Of a DNA stretch of 46,112 bases, positions 14,076 through 24,021 are shown piece after piece (within the stretch, counting starts at the first letter, position 1; each line of letters starts with the position of its first letter). The position numbers and the translations under genes were made by a program. Source of the stretch: Thiogranum sp. GTDB taxonomy: Bacteria; Pseudomonadota; Gammaproteobacteria; DSM-19610. A model generated the notes under the pieces. It saw nothing but the letters and a program-made list of their open reading frames with translations, made no database searches and was not told where the DNA came from. Where the stretch lies: contig JBHHXO010000001.1 of NCBI GenBank assembly GCA_046757125.1, positions 1 to 46,112 on the forward strand, given 5' to 3'.

Positions 14076-14648
14076 ATGAACAAGGTTAAATTTACCGTTC
14101 TTGCTGCGATCCTGCTGACCTGGATGGCGAGCCTGCAGGCGGCCGTCTACAAGTCCGTGGATGCACAGGGCAACGTTGTTTATACCGACGAGCCCACAGG
14201 TAACGGCAAGCCGGTGGACCTGCCACCCCTGTCGACTATCCCGCCGCCAAAATACACTCTCAGCAAGCCCTCGGTGCAGTCCGATACCCCGGACGCCGGG
14301 TACAAGCAATTGAGCATAGCTTCCCCGACAGCGGATGAAACGCTGCGTGACAATACCGGTGCAGTGCCGGTCAGTGCCGCTATTGAACCTGCGCTCAACG
14401 TTACTGCCGGTCATCTTTTCCAGTTCTACCTCGACGGGCAGACCCAGGGTGAGCCGACCGCATCGGCCCGGATTGTTCTCGCCAACGTGGACCGCGGTAC
14501 ACATAATGTGTCGGTTGCCGTAATCGACGCCGAGGGGAAGGAAGTCATGCGCAGCGACCCGGTGCCCTTCCATCTGCACCGCCAGTCAATTAACTTTCCG
14601 CGCGGCCCCGGTGTTCCCTCCCCTGCACCCGCGCCACGCGCAAGATAG
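14076..14648 (+). CDS. Exported DUF4124-domain protein
   Basis: Signal peptide followed by VYKSVDAQGNVVYTDEP; the position between glnA and glnL is typical. Confidence 0.8.
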   Translation: MNKVKFTVLAAILLTWMASLQAAVYKSVDAQGNVVYTDEPTGNGKPVDLPPLSTIPPPKYTLSKPSVQSDTPDAGYKQLSIASPTADETLRDNTGAVPVSAAIEPALNVTAGHLFQFYLDGQTQGEPTASARIVLANVDRGTHNVSVAVIDAEGKEVMRSDPVPFHLHRQSINFPRGPGVPSPAPAPRAR

Positions 14649-14691
14649 GCGGCGCGTTTTCCGGTGCCCGGTTCCGGGCGTTTCGCTTTTT

Positions 14692-14722
14692 CATTACGCG
14701 CACTATAATAGTGCGCGTAATG
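14692..14722. promoter_or_regulatory. NtrC-type operator overlapping a TATAAT upstream of glnL, inside a 15-bp-arm palindrome
   Basis: CATTACGCGCACTAT-A-ATAGTGCGCGTAATG; core CGCACTATAATAGTGCG. Confidence 0.7.
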
Positions 14723-14900
14723 CTTTGAAGGGTGCAAAAACATCCAGCCGTTCTTTCCCGGGAATTCCGGCGGGCCGGGTGTTCAGGCCCGGTCAGTTTA
14801 TATCTTTTTGATAGTCCTTGTTATTTCTGGCCCTTGTCCGAGTGTTGCGCGAATCAGCTACAGGCACCGATACTGGTTTGATTTTTGCACACAGGGGTAC

Positions 14901-15962
14901 ATGCCATTGTCCGACAGGTATAAACCGGTTCCCGCCGAGCACTTGCTGGAGACCTTGAATACTGCCGTACTGGTACTGGACCACCGGTTGCTGATTGTCT
15001 ACCTGAACCCGGCTGCAGAGAACCTGTTTGAAATCAGCAGGCGACAGGTTAGCGGTCATTACTGGCCGGATATGGTCAGTGCCGGTGAAGCGTTGGTAAA
15101 GCGGCTCGAAGAGACGATGAAAACGCAGTCTCCGTTTACCGAGCGTGAACTGGCACTGCATAGCGCAACCGGTCACCGCATGACAGTCGACTGTGTTGTT
15201 ACGCCATCAGGAAAAGAGGATCTGTTGTTGGAGATAATGCAAATTGACCGGCATCTCCGCATTGCTCACGAAGAACACCTGCTCGTCCAGCAACAGGCTG
15301 CCCGTGAGTTGTTGCGCGGTATGGCCCATGAAATCAAGAACCCCCTCGGGGGGCTGCGTGGCGCGGCACAATTGCTGGAAAGTGAACTGCAAAACGACGG
15401 ATTGAAGGAATACACCGGGGTCATCATCGGTGAGGCGGACCGCCTGAGCCATCTGGTCGACCGTATGCTGGGGCCGAACAATGTGCTTGAAAACCGGATC
15501 ATCAATATTCACCAGGTACTCGAGCACGTGCGCAGTCTGGTGGATGCCGAAAGTTATCCGGGGCTGGAGCTGCGGCGCGAGTATGACCCGAGTATCCCGG
15601 ACTTCCTGGCAGATTCCGAACTGTTGATTCAGGCCGTACTCAATCTGGTGCGTAACGCTGCCCAGGCGGGTGCGCAGACAATCACACTTGTCAGCCGTAC
15701 ACAACGGCAATTCACCATCGGTCATACCCGCTATAAACTGGTGATAAGGGTTGATATTGTCGATGACGGACCGGGCATACCTGCTGAAATGCAGGAGAAA
15801 ATATTTTATCCGATGGTAACCGGGCGTGCCGACGGCACGGGCCTCGGTCTGTCCATTGCGCAGTCAATGATAAACCAGCACCACGGCATCGTGGAATTTA
15901 CCAGTGAACCCGGCCGGACGGTGTTCACCATTTATTTACCACTGGGGATAGAGAATGCATGA
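14901..15962 (+). CDS. glnL: Nitrogen regulation sensor kinase NtrB (likely start 14901; frame open from 14808)
   Basis: PAS domain, AHEIKNPLGGLRGAAQLL, YDPSIP and GTGLGL motifs. Confidence 0.95.
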   Translation: MPLSDRYKPVPAEHLLETLNTAVLVLDHRLLIVYLNPAAENLFEISRRQVSGHYWPDMVSAGEALVKRLEETMKTQSPFTERELALHSATGHRMTVDCVVTPSGKEDLLLEIMQIDRHLRIAHEEHLLVQQQAARELLRGMAHEIKNPLGGLRGAAQLLESELQNDGLKEYTGVIIGEADRLSHLVDRMLGPNNVLENRIINIHQVLEHVRSLVDAESYPGLELRREYDPSIPDFLADSELLIQAVLNLVRNAAQAGAQTITLVSRTQRQFTIGHTRYKLVIRVDIVDDGPGIPAEMQEKIFYPMVTGRADGTGLGLSIAQSMINQHHGIVEFTSEPGRTVFTIYLPLGIENA

Positions 15963-17358
15963 TCAGGGAAGTGTGTGGGTGATCGATGATGATCAGTCCA
16001 TTCGCTGGGTACTGGAGAAAGCGCTGGACAAGGCGGGCATGGACGTCAAAAGTTTTTCTTCGGCCAGCGGTATTCTGGAAACACTGGAGCGAGGCCAGCC
16101 CGAGGCACTGATTACGGACGTGCGCATGCCCGGCATGGACGGCTTTGATCTGCTCACAAAAATACAGGAACGGTATCCGGAACTACCCGTCATTATTATC
16201 ACTGCGCATTCCGATCTGGGCAGCGCGGTGACGGCTTATGAGGGCGGCGCTTTTGAATACCTGCCCAAGCCTTTCGATATTGAAGAGGCCGTGGAGCTCA
16301 CGCGCCGCGCTGTCGATCACGGTCGCAGCGCAAATGGTGAAGCGGCCCCCGTTGCCAGTGGTGCGGTTCCGGAAATCATAGGTGAAGCGCCCGCCATGCA
16401 GGAGGTGTTCAGGGCCATCGGCCGGCTGTCCCGTTCCAATATCACCGTGTTGATAAACGGCGAATCCGGAACCGGCAAGGAGCTGGTGGCGCGCGCGTTG
16501 CACAGGCACAGTCCACGCGCGGACAAGCCGTTTGTCGCGCTGAATATGGCGGCCATCCCGCGTGACTTGCTCGAGTCGGAATTATTCGGGCACGAACGGG
16601 GTGCTTTTACCGGTGCACAGACCCAGCGAGTCGGCCGCTTTGAACAATCTGACGGCGGTACCCTGTTCCTCGATGAAATCGGCGACATGCCGGCGGAAAT
16701 GCAGACCCGCCTGTTGCGCGTGCTTTCGGACGGTGAATTTTATCGTGTCGGTGGACGTGTCCCGGTCAAGGTCGATGTGCGTATCATTGCGGCGACACAC
16801 CAGGACCTGGAACAACGCGTAAAGGAAGGCAGTTTTCGGGAAGACCTGTTTCATCGCCTTAATGTCATTCGTGTTCACCTGCCCGCGCTGCGCGAACGGC
16901 GCGAAGATGTAGAGCCCTTGATGCAGCACTTTCTGCAACAGGCGGCGCGGGAGCTGAATGTCGACAGCAAACACCTGTTGCCGGAGACAGCGGCTTATCT
17001 CAAGCTGCGCGAATGGCCGGGCAATGTCCGGCAGCTGGAAAATCTCTGTCGCTGGTTGACGGTAATGGCGTCCGGACAGGATATCCGCATCGAAGACCTG
17101 CCTGCGGAACTGCGGCAATCCCAGGGCGGTGGCCCGGCTGGGCTGGGCTGGGAGGCGGCCCTGAAAACATGGGTTGACCAGAAGCTCGCTGACGGAGAGG
17201 AGGGATTGTTACAGGAAGCCCTGCCCGCTTTCGAGCGTATCATGATCGAAGCGGCGCTGGCGCGGACCGCGGGGCGCCGTCAGGACGCAGCGCGATTGCT
17301 GGGCTGGGGCAGAAACACCCTGACAAGGAAAATAAAGGACCTGGAAATACAAAAATAA
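15955..17358 (+). CDS. glnG: Nitrogen regulation response regulator NtrC
   Basis: Receiver domain, GESGTGKE, GAFTGA and HTH LGWGRNTLTRK. Confidence 0.97.
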   Translation: MHDQGSVWVIDDDQSIRWVLEKALDKAGMDVKSFSSASGILETLERGQPEALITDVRMPGMDGFDLLTKIQERYPELPVIIITAHSDLGSAVTAYEGGAFEYLPKPFDIEEAVELTRRAVDHGRSANGEAAPVASGAVPEIIGEAPAMQEVFRAIGRLSRSNITVLINGESGTGKELVARALHRHSPRADKPFVALNMAAIPRDLLESELFGHERGAFTGAQTQRVGRFEQSDGGTLFLDEIGDMPAEMQTRLLRVLSDGEFYRVGGRVPVKVDVRIIAATHQDLEQRVKEGSFREDLFHRLNVIRVHLPALRERREDVEPLMQHFLQQAARELNVDSKHLLPETAAYLKLREWPGNVRQLENLCRWLTVMASGQDIRIEDLPAELRQSQGGGPAGLGWEAALKTWVDQKLADGEEGLLQEALPAFERIMIEAALARTAGRRQDAARLLGWGRNTLTRKIKDLEIQK

Positions 17359-17390
17359 GCCAGGCCCTGGCAAAGAGGCCGGCACCCTTT

Positions 17391-18317
17391 TTACAGTTGT
17401 GCCGGCTCGCTGCGCAATGCGGCACCGATCGCCAGAAGACAATGCGCAAACGTTTCTGTACCGATGGAATCGTGTATCTCCACAATATCGTCTGCCTGGA
17501 GTCTGTGTACGGGGACACCTACCTGTTGCTCCAGTTGCTCTGCAAGCGGTTCCATGGGAGCCGGCATCGGACACAGTGTAATGGACGTAATGGGTGCTTG
17601 CTGGAAGTGACGGTCGTAATAGTCCATGGAACGCTGCAGTTCCAGCGCCAGCCGGTCGACCAGTCCGGGTGTCTCCTGAAGCTGCCGGTAACCGGTGTCC
17701 ATGCTGCGCGCGAGGTACAGGGTGGCATCGCGTGTCAGCGTAATCAAGCCCTGATCGGCATCGAAATACAGCATGGCCTGTCCATTGGCATCCTGTTCGA
17801 GCTGTGCAGCAATGTTACGTAACGCGAGTTCGGGGATGTCGATGGTTTGCAGCGTGACACCGGCGCGTTCCAGTACTTCGACCTGCTCCCTGACTGTCTC
17901 GGTGCGCGACACCACCACGTACAGGTGTTCCTGCAAGGCACGGGCGCCACTGGGCGGGACATCGAATACGTCCAGTACCGCGTCGTCGATGTGAAAATCG
18001 ATCAGGTCGCGAATACGCCAGCGGATTGCGGCCCTGAGTTCGGATGGAGGTACCTCGGGTGCTTCCACCATCAGTAGCTGGTATTTGCCTATCGCCAGAA
18101 GCGTCGAGCAGCCGGTCTTGCCCAGGCCATGTTCAGCTACGGCCTGTTTGAGGTTTGCTGATGGATCCTGTTCGGGAAGCGACGGATAAAATCCGCATTG
18201 TTCGAGCAGGGGGCGGCCGGATTTGTCCCGCCGTATGGCGGCCACGGCTGCTCCGGCAGCCGACAGGGTCAGCGCGCCCGATACATCCTGTTTGTTTTTG
18301 TTGTTGAACGAGAACAC
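17391..18317 (-). CDS. MshI (N-terminal part)/PilM-like pilus alignment protein
   Basis: YQLLMVEAPEVP...AIRWRIRDLI, IDIPELALRN and LELQRSMDYY resemble MSHA MshI. Confidence 0.75.
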   Translation of the reverse strand: MFSFNNKNKQDVSGALTLSAAGAAVAAIRRDKSGRPLLEQCGFYPSLPEQDPSANLKQAVAEHGLGKTGCSTLLAIGKYQLLMVEAPEVPPSELRAAIRWRIRDLIDFHIDDAVLDVFDVPPSGARALQEHLYVVVSRTETVREQVEVLERAGVTLQTIDIPELALRNIAAQLEQDANGQAMLYFDADQGLITLTRDATLYLARSMDTGYRQLQETPGLVDRLALELQRSMDYYDRHFQQAPITSITLCPMPAPMEPLAEQLEQQVGVPVHRLQADDIVEIHDSIGTETFAHCLLAIGAALRSEPAQL

Positions 18318-18371
18318 ACCTTGTCCTTTGTGTATGTGTTGGAGAAAGAGTCCGGCATTTACCCGGGCATG

Positions 18372-18818
18372 TCAATTGCCGATGACTTCCTGCCAGCGGA
18401 CCAGGGTGACAGTAGTGGCGCCACTCCCGGTGTCGGCGGCGGTCAGGCGCAGGTCGGCGTCCACGGTGCGTCGCGCCTGTGCAGTAGCGGTGGAGCCGAT
18501 GGTTCCCCGTACGCGGACCCGGCAATTGGTGCCTGCCGGAACTGCATCGGAGATGGTAAAGCTGCCGCGCCCTGCACGTGCGGACACGTTTCTCAGTCCG
18601 TGGCAGCCCGCTCCGCTGGCATACAGGAACGAGGCATATTCGATGCCGCTCTCCGCCACGAACAGGGCTTCTACGGAATCGTGCTGTAGCGCCGTGTCCA
18701 GTATGTCCGAGCCCGCCATGCGCTGCAGTGCCGCCAGCATAAGTGCCAGGGTGGTAATAATAAACAGTGCGCCAATGAGCGTGACGGCACCGCGTTGCGT
18801 GCGGAAGCGCTGCGTCAT
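18372..18818 (-). CDS. MshP/PilX-like minor pilin
   Basis: QRG|AVTLIGALFII prepilin-like N-terminus lacking E5; ALFVAESGIE. Confidence 0.65.
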   Translation of the reverse strand: MTQRFRTQRGAVTLIGALFIITTLALMLAALQRMAGSDILDTALQHDSVEALFVAESGIEYASFLYASGAGCHGLRNVSARAGRGSFTISDAVPAGTNCRVRVRGTIGSTATAQARRTVDADLRLTAADTGSGATTVTLVRWQEVIGN

Positions 18819-19336
18819 GGCCGGTTCCTCAGGGCAATGCGCGATCGCTGTGCATAACGGTTGCCGGCGTGATTCAACACCAGTTCGAATTCGATAAAAG
18901 CCACATCCAGGTTGCTGCTGGCAGGGGTGACACCATCACCCTGCCAGTAGTTGAAGGTAATACGGTCCAGTTCATCGCTCAGCGTGTAGGCGCTGCCGTC
19001 GTTGACAGAGGCGTAGGCCATCCGCAGCAGAGAGGCCTGCGCGTCGATGGTGACAGTTTCGGTATCAATTTTTCGGAAACTCAGGATGTCGTTGGGTGCG
19101 GAGACCGGAGTAAGGATTTCCCATCCCCCGCTATTCCCTGTTTCGCGTATTTCGCGCGCCAGGCGTTCACTGCTGCTGCGTAGTTTGCCCAGGGTGTGAA
19201 TAGCGGATGCTGTCGCATTATAGGCACGCACGCCGTTGCCCAGGTAGGGTCCGGCTACCATGCCCAGCAGCGCCAGCATGGTCAGGGTGGTGACCATTTC
19301 CAACAGGGTGAATCCGTCCTGTCGCGGGCGCATCAT
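18815..19336 (-). CDS. MshO-like minor pilin
   Basis: QDG|FTLLEM class III signal; ERLAREIR. Confidence 0.7.
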   Translation of the reverse strand: MMRPRQDGFTLLEMVTTLTMLALLGMVAGPYLGNGVRAYNATASAIHTLGKLRSSSERLAREIRETGNSGGWEILTPVSAPNDILSFRKIDTETVTIDAQASLLRMAYASVNDGSAYTLSDELDRITFNYWQGDGVTPASSNLDVAFIEFELVLNHAGNRYAQRSRIALRNRP

Positions 19337-19749
19337 CAGTAGTCGACCAGAAGAAAAGTAAGCTGCGCCAGGGGCGGGCCGCCGGCGTCCACGCTGACCG
19401 TCACCTGTTTGCAGGGAGTCCCGCCCGGACAGCCGGTGAATCGTGGCGCGGGTGGCCGGGTGATAACGGTCGTTCTGTTGAAGCGGATGAAGTTGCCGGT
19501 GAGAGTTTCCGTGGTGGTGTCTACAGCCAGTTCGGCTGCCGGGCCGTTAAATCCAAGTTCACGCTTGCGTGCCAGCACGAACTCGGCGCGCTCCCGGGCA
19601 AGCTGGGTTGCAGCCTGAATGGCTTCGTTATCGAGCAGGCTGGAAGTGGATTGTGAAAACAGGCCGAACAGGGGTAGTGACGCGACCGATATGATTATGA
19701 TGACCAGCACCATCTCAATGAGCGTGAATCCCCTTTGTGTGCTGCTCAT
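19336..19749 (-). CDS. MshD-like minor pilin
   Basis: QRG|FTLIEM class III signal. Confidence 0.7.
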   Translation of the reverse strand: MSSTQRGFTLIEMVLVIIIISVASLPLFGLFSQSTSSLLDNEAIQAATQLARERAEFVLARKRELGFNGPAAELAVDTTTETLTGNFIRFNRTTVITRPPAPRFTGCPGGTPCKQVTVSVDAGGPPLAQLTFLLVDY

Positions 19750-20234
19750 GGCGTCACCGTTACAAAGCCTGTGACCGGTTGTACGCGGACACTCGCCGTA
19801 TTGCCGCCCGTCCCGGTGAGGATCCAGCCCCGGACCGTGTCGGCGAGAGCGGCGCTGCCAAGCGGGCGCCCCAGGCTGTCGAATTCAACATGTGCGCTGT
19901 TCAGCGTTACCCCGTTGACCAGAAAATAGACCTGTTCTTCACCGGCGGCATTGCGCACGGGTGTCGTGGAGTCGCCATGGGTAATGGCGTAGCTGGTGGC
20001 AGATCGGGTAGCGATGGAAAATGATCGCCCCTGGCTCATTGCCATCGCCTGGGCATGCCGTATCGCCCGACCGAGCTGGTCCGCCTGGGCAGGAACGGTG
20101 GCATCGTTATGCGCAAAGCGTGGAATGGCCAGCGCGCCCAGAGTGGCAACAATGACCATAACAAAGACCAGCTCGATCAGCGTGAAGCCGTTGGGGTGTG
20201 TTACGGAACAGACAGGCCTGTTACAGACATCCAT
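19746..20234 (-). CDS. MshC/GspH-like minor pilin
   Basis: NG|FTLIEL, IRHAQAMAM and FDSLGRP. Start placed at ATG 20234 because the longer frame runs through a terminator. Confidence 0.75.
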   Translation of the reverse strand: MDVCNRPVCSVTHPNGFTLIELVFVMVIVATLGALAIPRFAHNDATVPAQADQLGRAIRHAQAMAMSQGRSFSIATRSATSYAITHGDSTTPVRNAAGEEQVYFLVNGVTLNSAHVEFDSLGRPLGSAALADTVRGWILTGTGGNTASVRVQPVTGFVTVTP

Positions 20235-20251
20235 GTTGTTATCCGCTGAGT

Positions 20252-20284
20252 AAAAAAGGGGCGGGCACGGGCCCACCCCTTTTT
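20252..20284 (-). terminator. Intrinsic terminator after the MshA-like pilin
   Basis: Minus strand AAAAAGGGGTGGGC-CCGT-GCCCGCCCCTTTTTT. Confidence 0.75.
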
Positions 20285-20306
20285 GGCGCCGGCAACCCTG
20301 TAGATA

Positions 20307-20696
20307 TCAGATGGGGGTTGGCGAAGCGCTGCCAACACAGGCGACGGTGGGACTGCCTGTGCTGGTTGGTGAAGTACAGGTGGAATCCGTAAAGGTCGGG
20401 ATGAGGTAATCAACGCCGTTGATGCTGACCTGAATCCCGTCATTGCCGGCGTGTACTGCAGCATTGGCGCTACCGCCGACATCCTGTACCAGTTCGCTGA
20501 CGGTCGGCAGGCGCTTGAGCCGCGCAATGGAAATGGAGTGGGCTGATTTTACTGCATTGCTGGAGCCATCCAGAGCGGCGTGCAGCGCATCATTCTGGAC
20601 ACTGGAAAAACGCGGTACCGCCATAGCGCCTAACAGAGCCAGTATTACCAGCACGGCGACTAATTCGATTAGGGTAAAACCTGTTTGCTTGTTCAT
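20307..20696 (-). CDS. MshA-like (probable major) pilin
   Basis: MNKQTG|FTLIELVAVLVILALLGAMAVPRF, C-terminal Cys pair, AGGAG RBS and a downstream terminator. Confidence 0.82.
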   Translation of the reverse strand: MNKQTGFTLIELVAVLVILALLGAMAVPRFSSVQNDALHAALDGSSNAVKSAHSISIARLKRLPTVSELVQDVGGSANAAVHAGNDGIQVSINGVDYLIPTFTDSTCTSPTSTGSPTVACVGSASPTPI

Positions 20697-20830
20697 CTTT
20701 ACTGATCTCCTGAAAATGGCTGATAGCCCGCACACCTCCACTTATCGTCAAATGTTCGCTATACCTTTAGCCACTCAGTATTTTTCCGGGGTTGCGCGCG
20801 ATTCGCGCCTGCGCGTTTGACGGACATCCA

Positions 20831-20940
20831 AGGGAACTCTGATTAATTCGTCATTCCGGCGTATGCCGGAATCCAACAGGCTGATTTTTATGGATTCCGG
20901 CATACGCCGGAATGACGGAAAATGAAGTGATCAGAATACC
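20831..20940. repeat. REP-doublet/MITE-like palindromic element
   Basis: Perfect 27-bp inverted repeat CGTCATTCCGGCGTATGCCGGAATCCA (20849-20875) / TGGATTCCGGCATACGCCGGAATGACG (20891-20917). Each arm is itself a hairpin. Degenerate outer IR TCTGATTA/TGATCAGA. Confidence 0.8.
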
Positions 20941-21029
20941 AAAAGTCGTTGATTAATCGAAGATTTCTCATTGTTTCGGTTTGCTCGGCAATGATCTGCA
21001 AATCGTCTTGAATAACCCGCTGCCACGGG

Positions 21030-22250
21030 CTAATGCAATGCTACCCTGGCCAGGTCCCACATGGGCAGAAAGATGCCGGTTGCCAGCAGAAAAACGATGG
21101 CTGCCAGCACCACGGTCAGAACCGGCTCGATCGCCGAGCTGAGTTTTGCGATCGAATATGCCACTTCACCGTCATAATAATCGGCAATTTCCTGCAGCAG
21201 CTCATCGCTCGTGCCCGAATCTTCGCCGACCTGCAGCATCTGCAGGACAAGGTGGTCGAAAACGCCGCTGCCGGCAGCGGTATTACTCAGCGAATTACCG
21301 CGTTCGATACCATCGCGCATGGCCAGCACGCGTTCCTCGATAAAGTCGTTATCCAGGGCGCGGGCAACCACGGTGAGTCCGGTGACGATGGGAATCCCGG
21401 AGCGCTGTACCAGCGCGAACAGGCGCGAGAAACGCGCCAGCGTAGCCTGATAGAGTACCTTGCCGACCACCGGAAGCCGCAACCGGAGTTTGTGCCATTT
21501 GTACCGACCGCTGTCACTCCGGAGGTACATGCGAATACCAACAACCAGTACCATGCCGCCTGCCAGCAGTTCCTGCCAGTGGTTAACGGTCAGGTCGGAC
21601 ATGGCGACCAGGATACGTGTCGGCAATGGCAGGTCGGCGCCGTACCGGGAGAACATGGCGGAGAACGCGGGTACCACGAATACATTGATGACCACTACCG
21701 CGATCAGGATGGCACCCATGACGACGCCGGGATAACGCATGGCAGACCTGATCTGGTCACGGGTCGTTTTCTCGCGGTCAAGGTATGCCGCGAGTTGCTG
21801 AAATACTTCTTCCAGCCGGCCACTGGTTTCGCCGACGCGAACCAGGCTGACATAGAAAACCGAAAATACATCCGGGTACTGGGACAGGGAGCTGGACAGG
21901 TCGCGCCCTGCTTTCAGGCTCTCGATAACGCCTGCCAGTGTTTTTGCCAGCGTCCGGTTGCGAATATTGGCAGCCAGACCGGTGAGGGCATTGAGAATCG
22001 GAACGCCGGCTTTCAGCAGGCTGTGCATCTGGCGACTGAACTGGACCATGTCTGTCAGGGTAACCCCGGCTGGAAAAATATCGGCGAGGTCGGTGCTCAT
22101 GCCGACTTTCTTTTCCACCGCCCGGATATCCACGGGCGTCAGGCCGCCCTCTATCAGGCGTGTGGCGGCGAGATCCGTACTGGCGGCTTCTATGACGCCT
22201 TCAATGGCGTCACCACGATGACCACGCGCCTTGTACTGAAATGCAGGCAT
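21030..22250 (-). CDS. mshG: MshG/PilC/GspF-family inner-membrane platform protein (module B)
   Basis: FSRQMHSLLKAGVP, GETSGRLE, AMRYP, IEP and FLPMWDL motifs. Confidence 0.85.
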   Translation of the reverse strand: MPAFQYKARGHRGDAIEGVIEAASTDLAATRLIEGGLTPVDIRAVEKKVGMSTDLADIFPAGVTLTDMVQFSRQMHSLLKAGVPILNALTGLAANIRNRTLAKTLAGVIESLKAGRDLSSSLSQYPDVFSVFYVSLVRVGETSGRLEEVFQQLAAYLDREKTTRDQIRSAMRYPGVVMGAILIAVVVINVFVVPAFSAMFSRYGADLPLPTRILVAMSDLTVNHWQELLAGGMVLVVGIRMYLRSDSGRYKWHKLRLRLPVVGKVLYQATLARFSRLFALVQRSGIPIVTGLTVVARALDNDFIEERVLAMRDGIERGNSLSNTAAGSGVFDHLVLQMLQVGEDSGTSDELLQEIADYYDGEVAYSIAKLSSAIEPVLTVVLAAIVFLLATGIFLPMWDLARVALH

Positions 22251-23959
22251 TAGTCAACCGTACCGCTGAGGCGCATGGCCTCCGACAGGCTGGTGACACC
22301 CTGCCTGGCATAGTCCAGCGCGTTTTCTATCAACGGACGATAACCGTCCTGGTTGCGCGCGGCGTGTTCAAAACCCGAGGGGTCATTGCGGCGCAGCGCA
22401 TCGGCAAGCGGATAATCTATTTCCAGCAATTCATATACACCGATACGACCGTGATAGCCGGTGTGGTTACACTGGTTACAACCACTACCTTCCTGGAAAC
22501 CGTCCAGCGAGGCATTTTCTCCCTCGATATTGCGCACCCACGCCTGCTCGCTGGGCTCGAGTGCGCGCGCGGTGCGACAGTTGGTGCAAAGCTTTCTTAT
22601 CAGGCGCTGTGCAAGTATGGCCTGGGTCGATGCTGCAACCAGGTACGGTTCAAGACCCATATCGACCAGGCGCATGGCGGTACCCACTGCATCGTTGGTA
22701 TGCAGGGTGGAAAGCACAAGGTGTCCGGTCAGCGCGGCGCGCAAGCCGATTTCGCCCGTTTCCCTGTCGCGCATTTCGCCGACCAGAATGATATCCGGAT
22801 CAAGGCGCAGCGCCGTCCGCAGCACGCGTGCGAAACCGAGATCTATCTTGTTGTTGACCTGCACCTGGGTAACGCGTGCAAGCTGGTATTCAACCGGGTC
22901 TTCAACGGTGATGATTTTCTTCTGTGGTTTGTTCAGTTCGGTGAGCGCCGCGTACAGGGTTGTCGTTTTACCGCTGCCCGTCGGGCCGGTCACCAGCACC
23001 AGTCCGTGCGGCCGGTGTACGATGCCGCGTATGCGTTGCAGGATATCGTCGGGCATGCCGAGCTGATCCAGATTGCGCACCGCCGAGCCATGATCCAGCA
23101 GGCGCATGACGACCGATTCACCGGTTTGTGTCGGTATGGTCGCCAGTCGTACATCGATGCTCTTGTCCAGCACGCGCAGGGAAAAACGTCCGTCCTGTGG
23201 CAGGCGCTTTTCTGAAATGTCCGCTTCGGCCATTAATTTCAGGCGTGATACCATCGCCGATGCAATACGCGTATCTTCCATGGTCGTTTCGTGCAGCACG
23301 CCGTCGATACGACGCCTTATCCGCAGCACGTCCTCGTCGGGTTCGATATGAATATCAGATGCATCCGCGCGTACTGCGTCTTCAAATACGGTTTGTATCA
23401 GACGCACCACCGGCGCGTCGTTGTGATTTCCGCCGGCGGACAGGCTGCGCAGGTCAAAGGCGTTTTCGGCCATGTCCTGGCCGACTTCGCTGGCCAGGTT
23501 GCGTAGCTGATCGGCGTGCTGGTAAAGCCGGTCGATGTTGTGCAACAGCTCGCTTTCCTTGACGCAGGCGATCTGCACCGGGTTTTTCAGGATGCGCACC
23601 AGCTCGTCGAAGGCGAAAATGTCGGTGGGATCACCCATGCCGACCAGCAGGCCGGTCGGTGTTTCCCGGAGTACCAGGGCGCGGTAGCGGCGTGCGTGCG
23701 TTTCCGGCAGGCGCCTGATCAGTTCGGGGTTCAGTTCGAAGCGCGACAGGTCGACGTAGGGAATGTCGAGTTGTTCGGAAAGCAGCACCAGCAGCCTGTC
23801 TTCATCCACGAAACCGCTTTCGATCAGCACGCGCCCGAGCTTGCGGCCACTCTTCTTCTGTTCCGCCAGCGCGTCCTGCAACTGTGCTTCGGAAATCATT
23901 TTGTGTTCGACCAGCAGGTCGCCGATGCGAACGCGTTTTCTGGGCATGGTAGCAGCCAT
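22250..23959 (-). CDS. mshE: MshE/PilB-family assembly ATPase with an N-terminal MshEN c-di-GMP motif (module B)
   Basis: RIGDLLVEHKMISEAQLQDALAEQ...KLGRVLIESGFV, ASDIHIEP, GPTGSGKTT and CxxC...CxxC. Confidence 0.9.
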   Translation of the reverse strand: MAATMPRKRVRIGDLLVEHKMISEAQLQDALAEQKKSGRKLGRVLIESGFVDEDRLLVLLSEQLDIPYVDLSRFELNPELIRRLPETHARRYRALVLRETPTGLLVGMGDPTDIFAFDELVRILKNPVQIACVKESELLHNIDRLYQHADQLRNLASEVGQDMAENAFDLRSLSAGGNHNDAPVVRLIQTVFEDAVRADASDIHIEPDEDVLRIRRRIDGVLHETTMEDTRIASAMVSRLKLMAEADISEKRLPQDGRFSLRVLDKSIDVRLATIPTQTGESVVMRLLDHGSAVRNLDQLGMPDDILQRIRGIVHRPHGLVLVTGPTGSGKTTTLYAALTELNKPQKKIITVEDPVEYQLARVTQVQVNNKIDLGFARVLRTALRLDPDIILVGEMRDRETGEIGLRAALTGHLVLSTLHTNDAVGTAMRLVDMGLEPYLVAASTQAILAQRLIRKLCTNCRTARALEPSEQAWVRNIEGENASLDGFQEGSGCNQCNHTGYHGRIGVYELLEIDYPLADALRRNDPSGFEHAARNQDGYRPLIENALDYARQGVTSLSEAMRLSGTVD

Positions 23960-24021
23960 GGTCTTGTCCGTCAGTCCGGTGTCAGCTTCCGGTTTATACA
24001 GCCGGTGCGTTGTTGAACACG

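Noticed and set aside
20757-20774. Sigma54-like TGGC...GC upstream of the MshA-like pilin
   Set aside because: Spacing is GG-N11-GC, not the required N10.
21033-23215. Long plus-strand ORFs mirroring mshG and mshE (also 37458..38507 opposite the secretin)
   Set aside because: Codon-register antisense shadows with no protein-like motifs.
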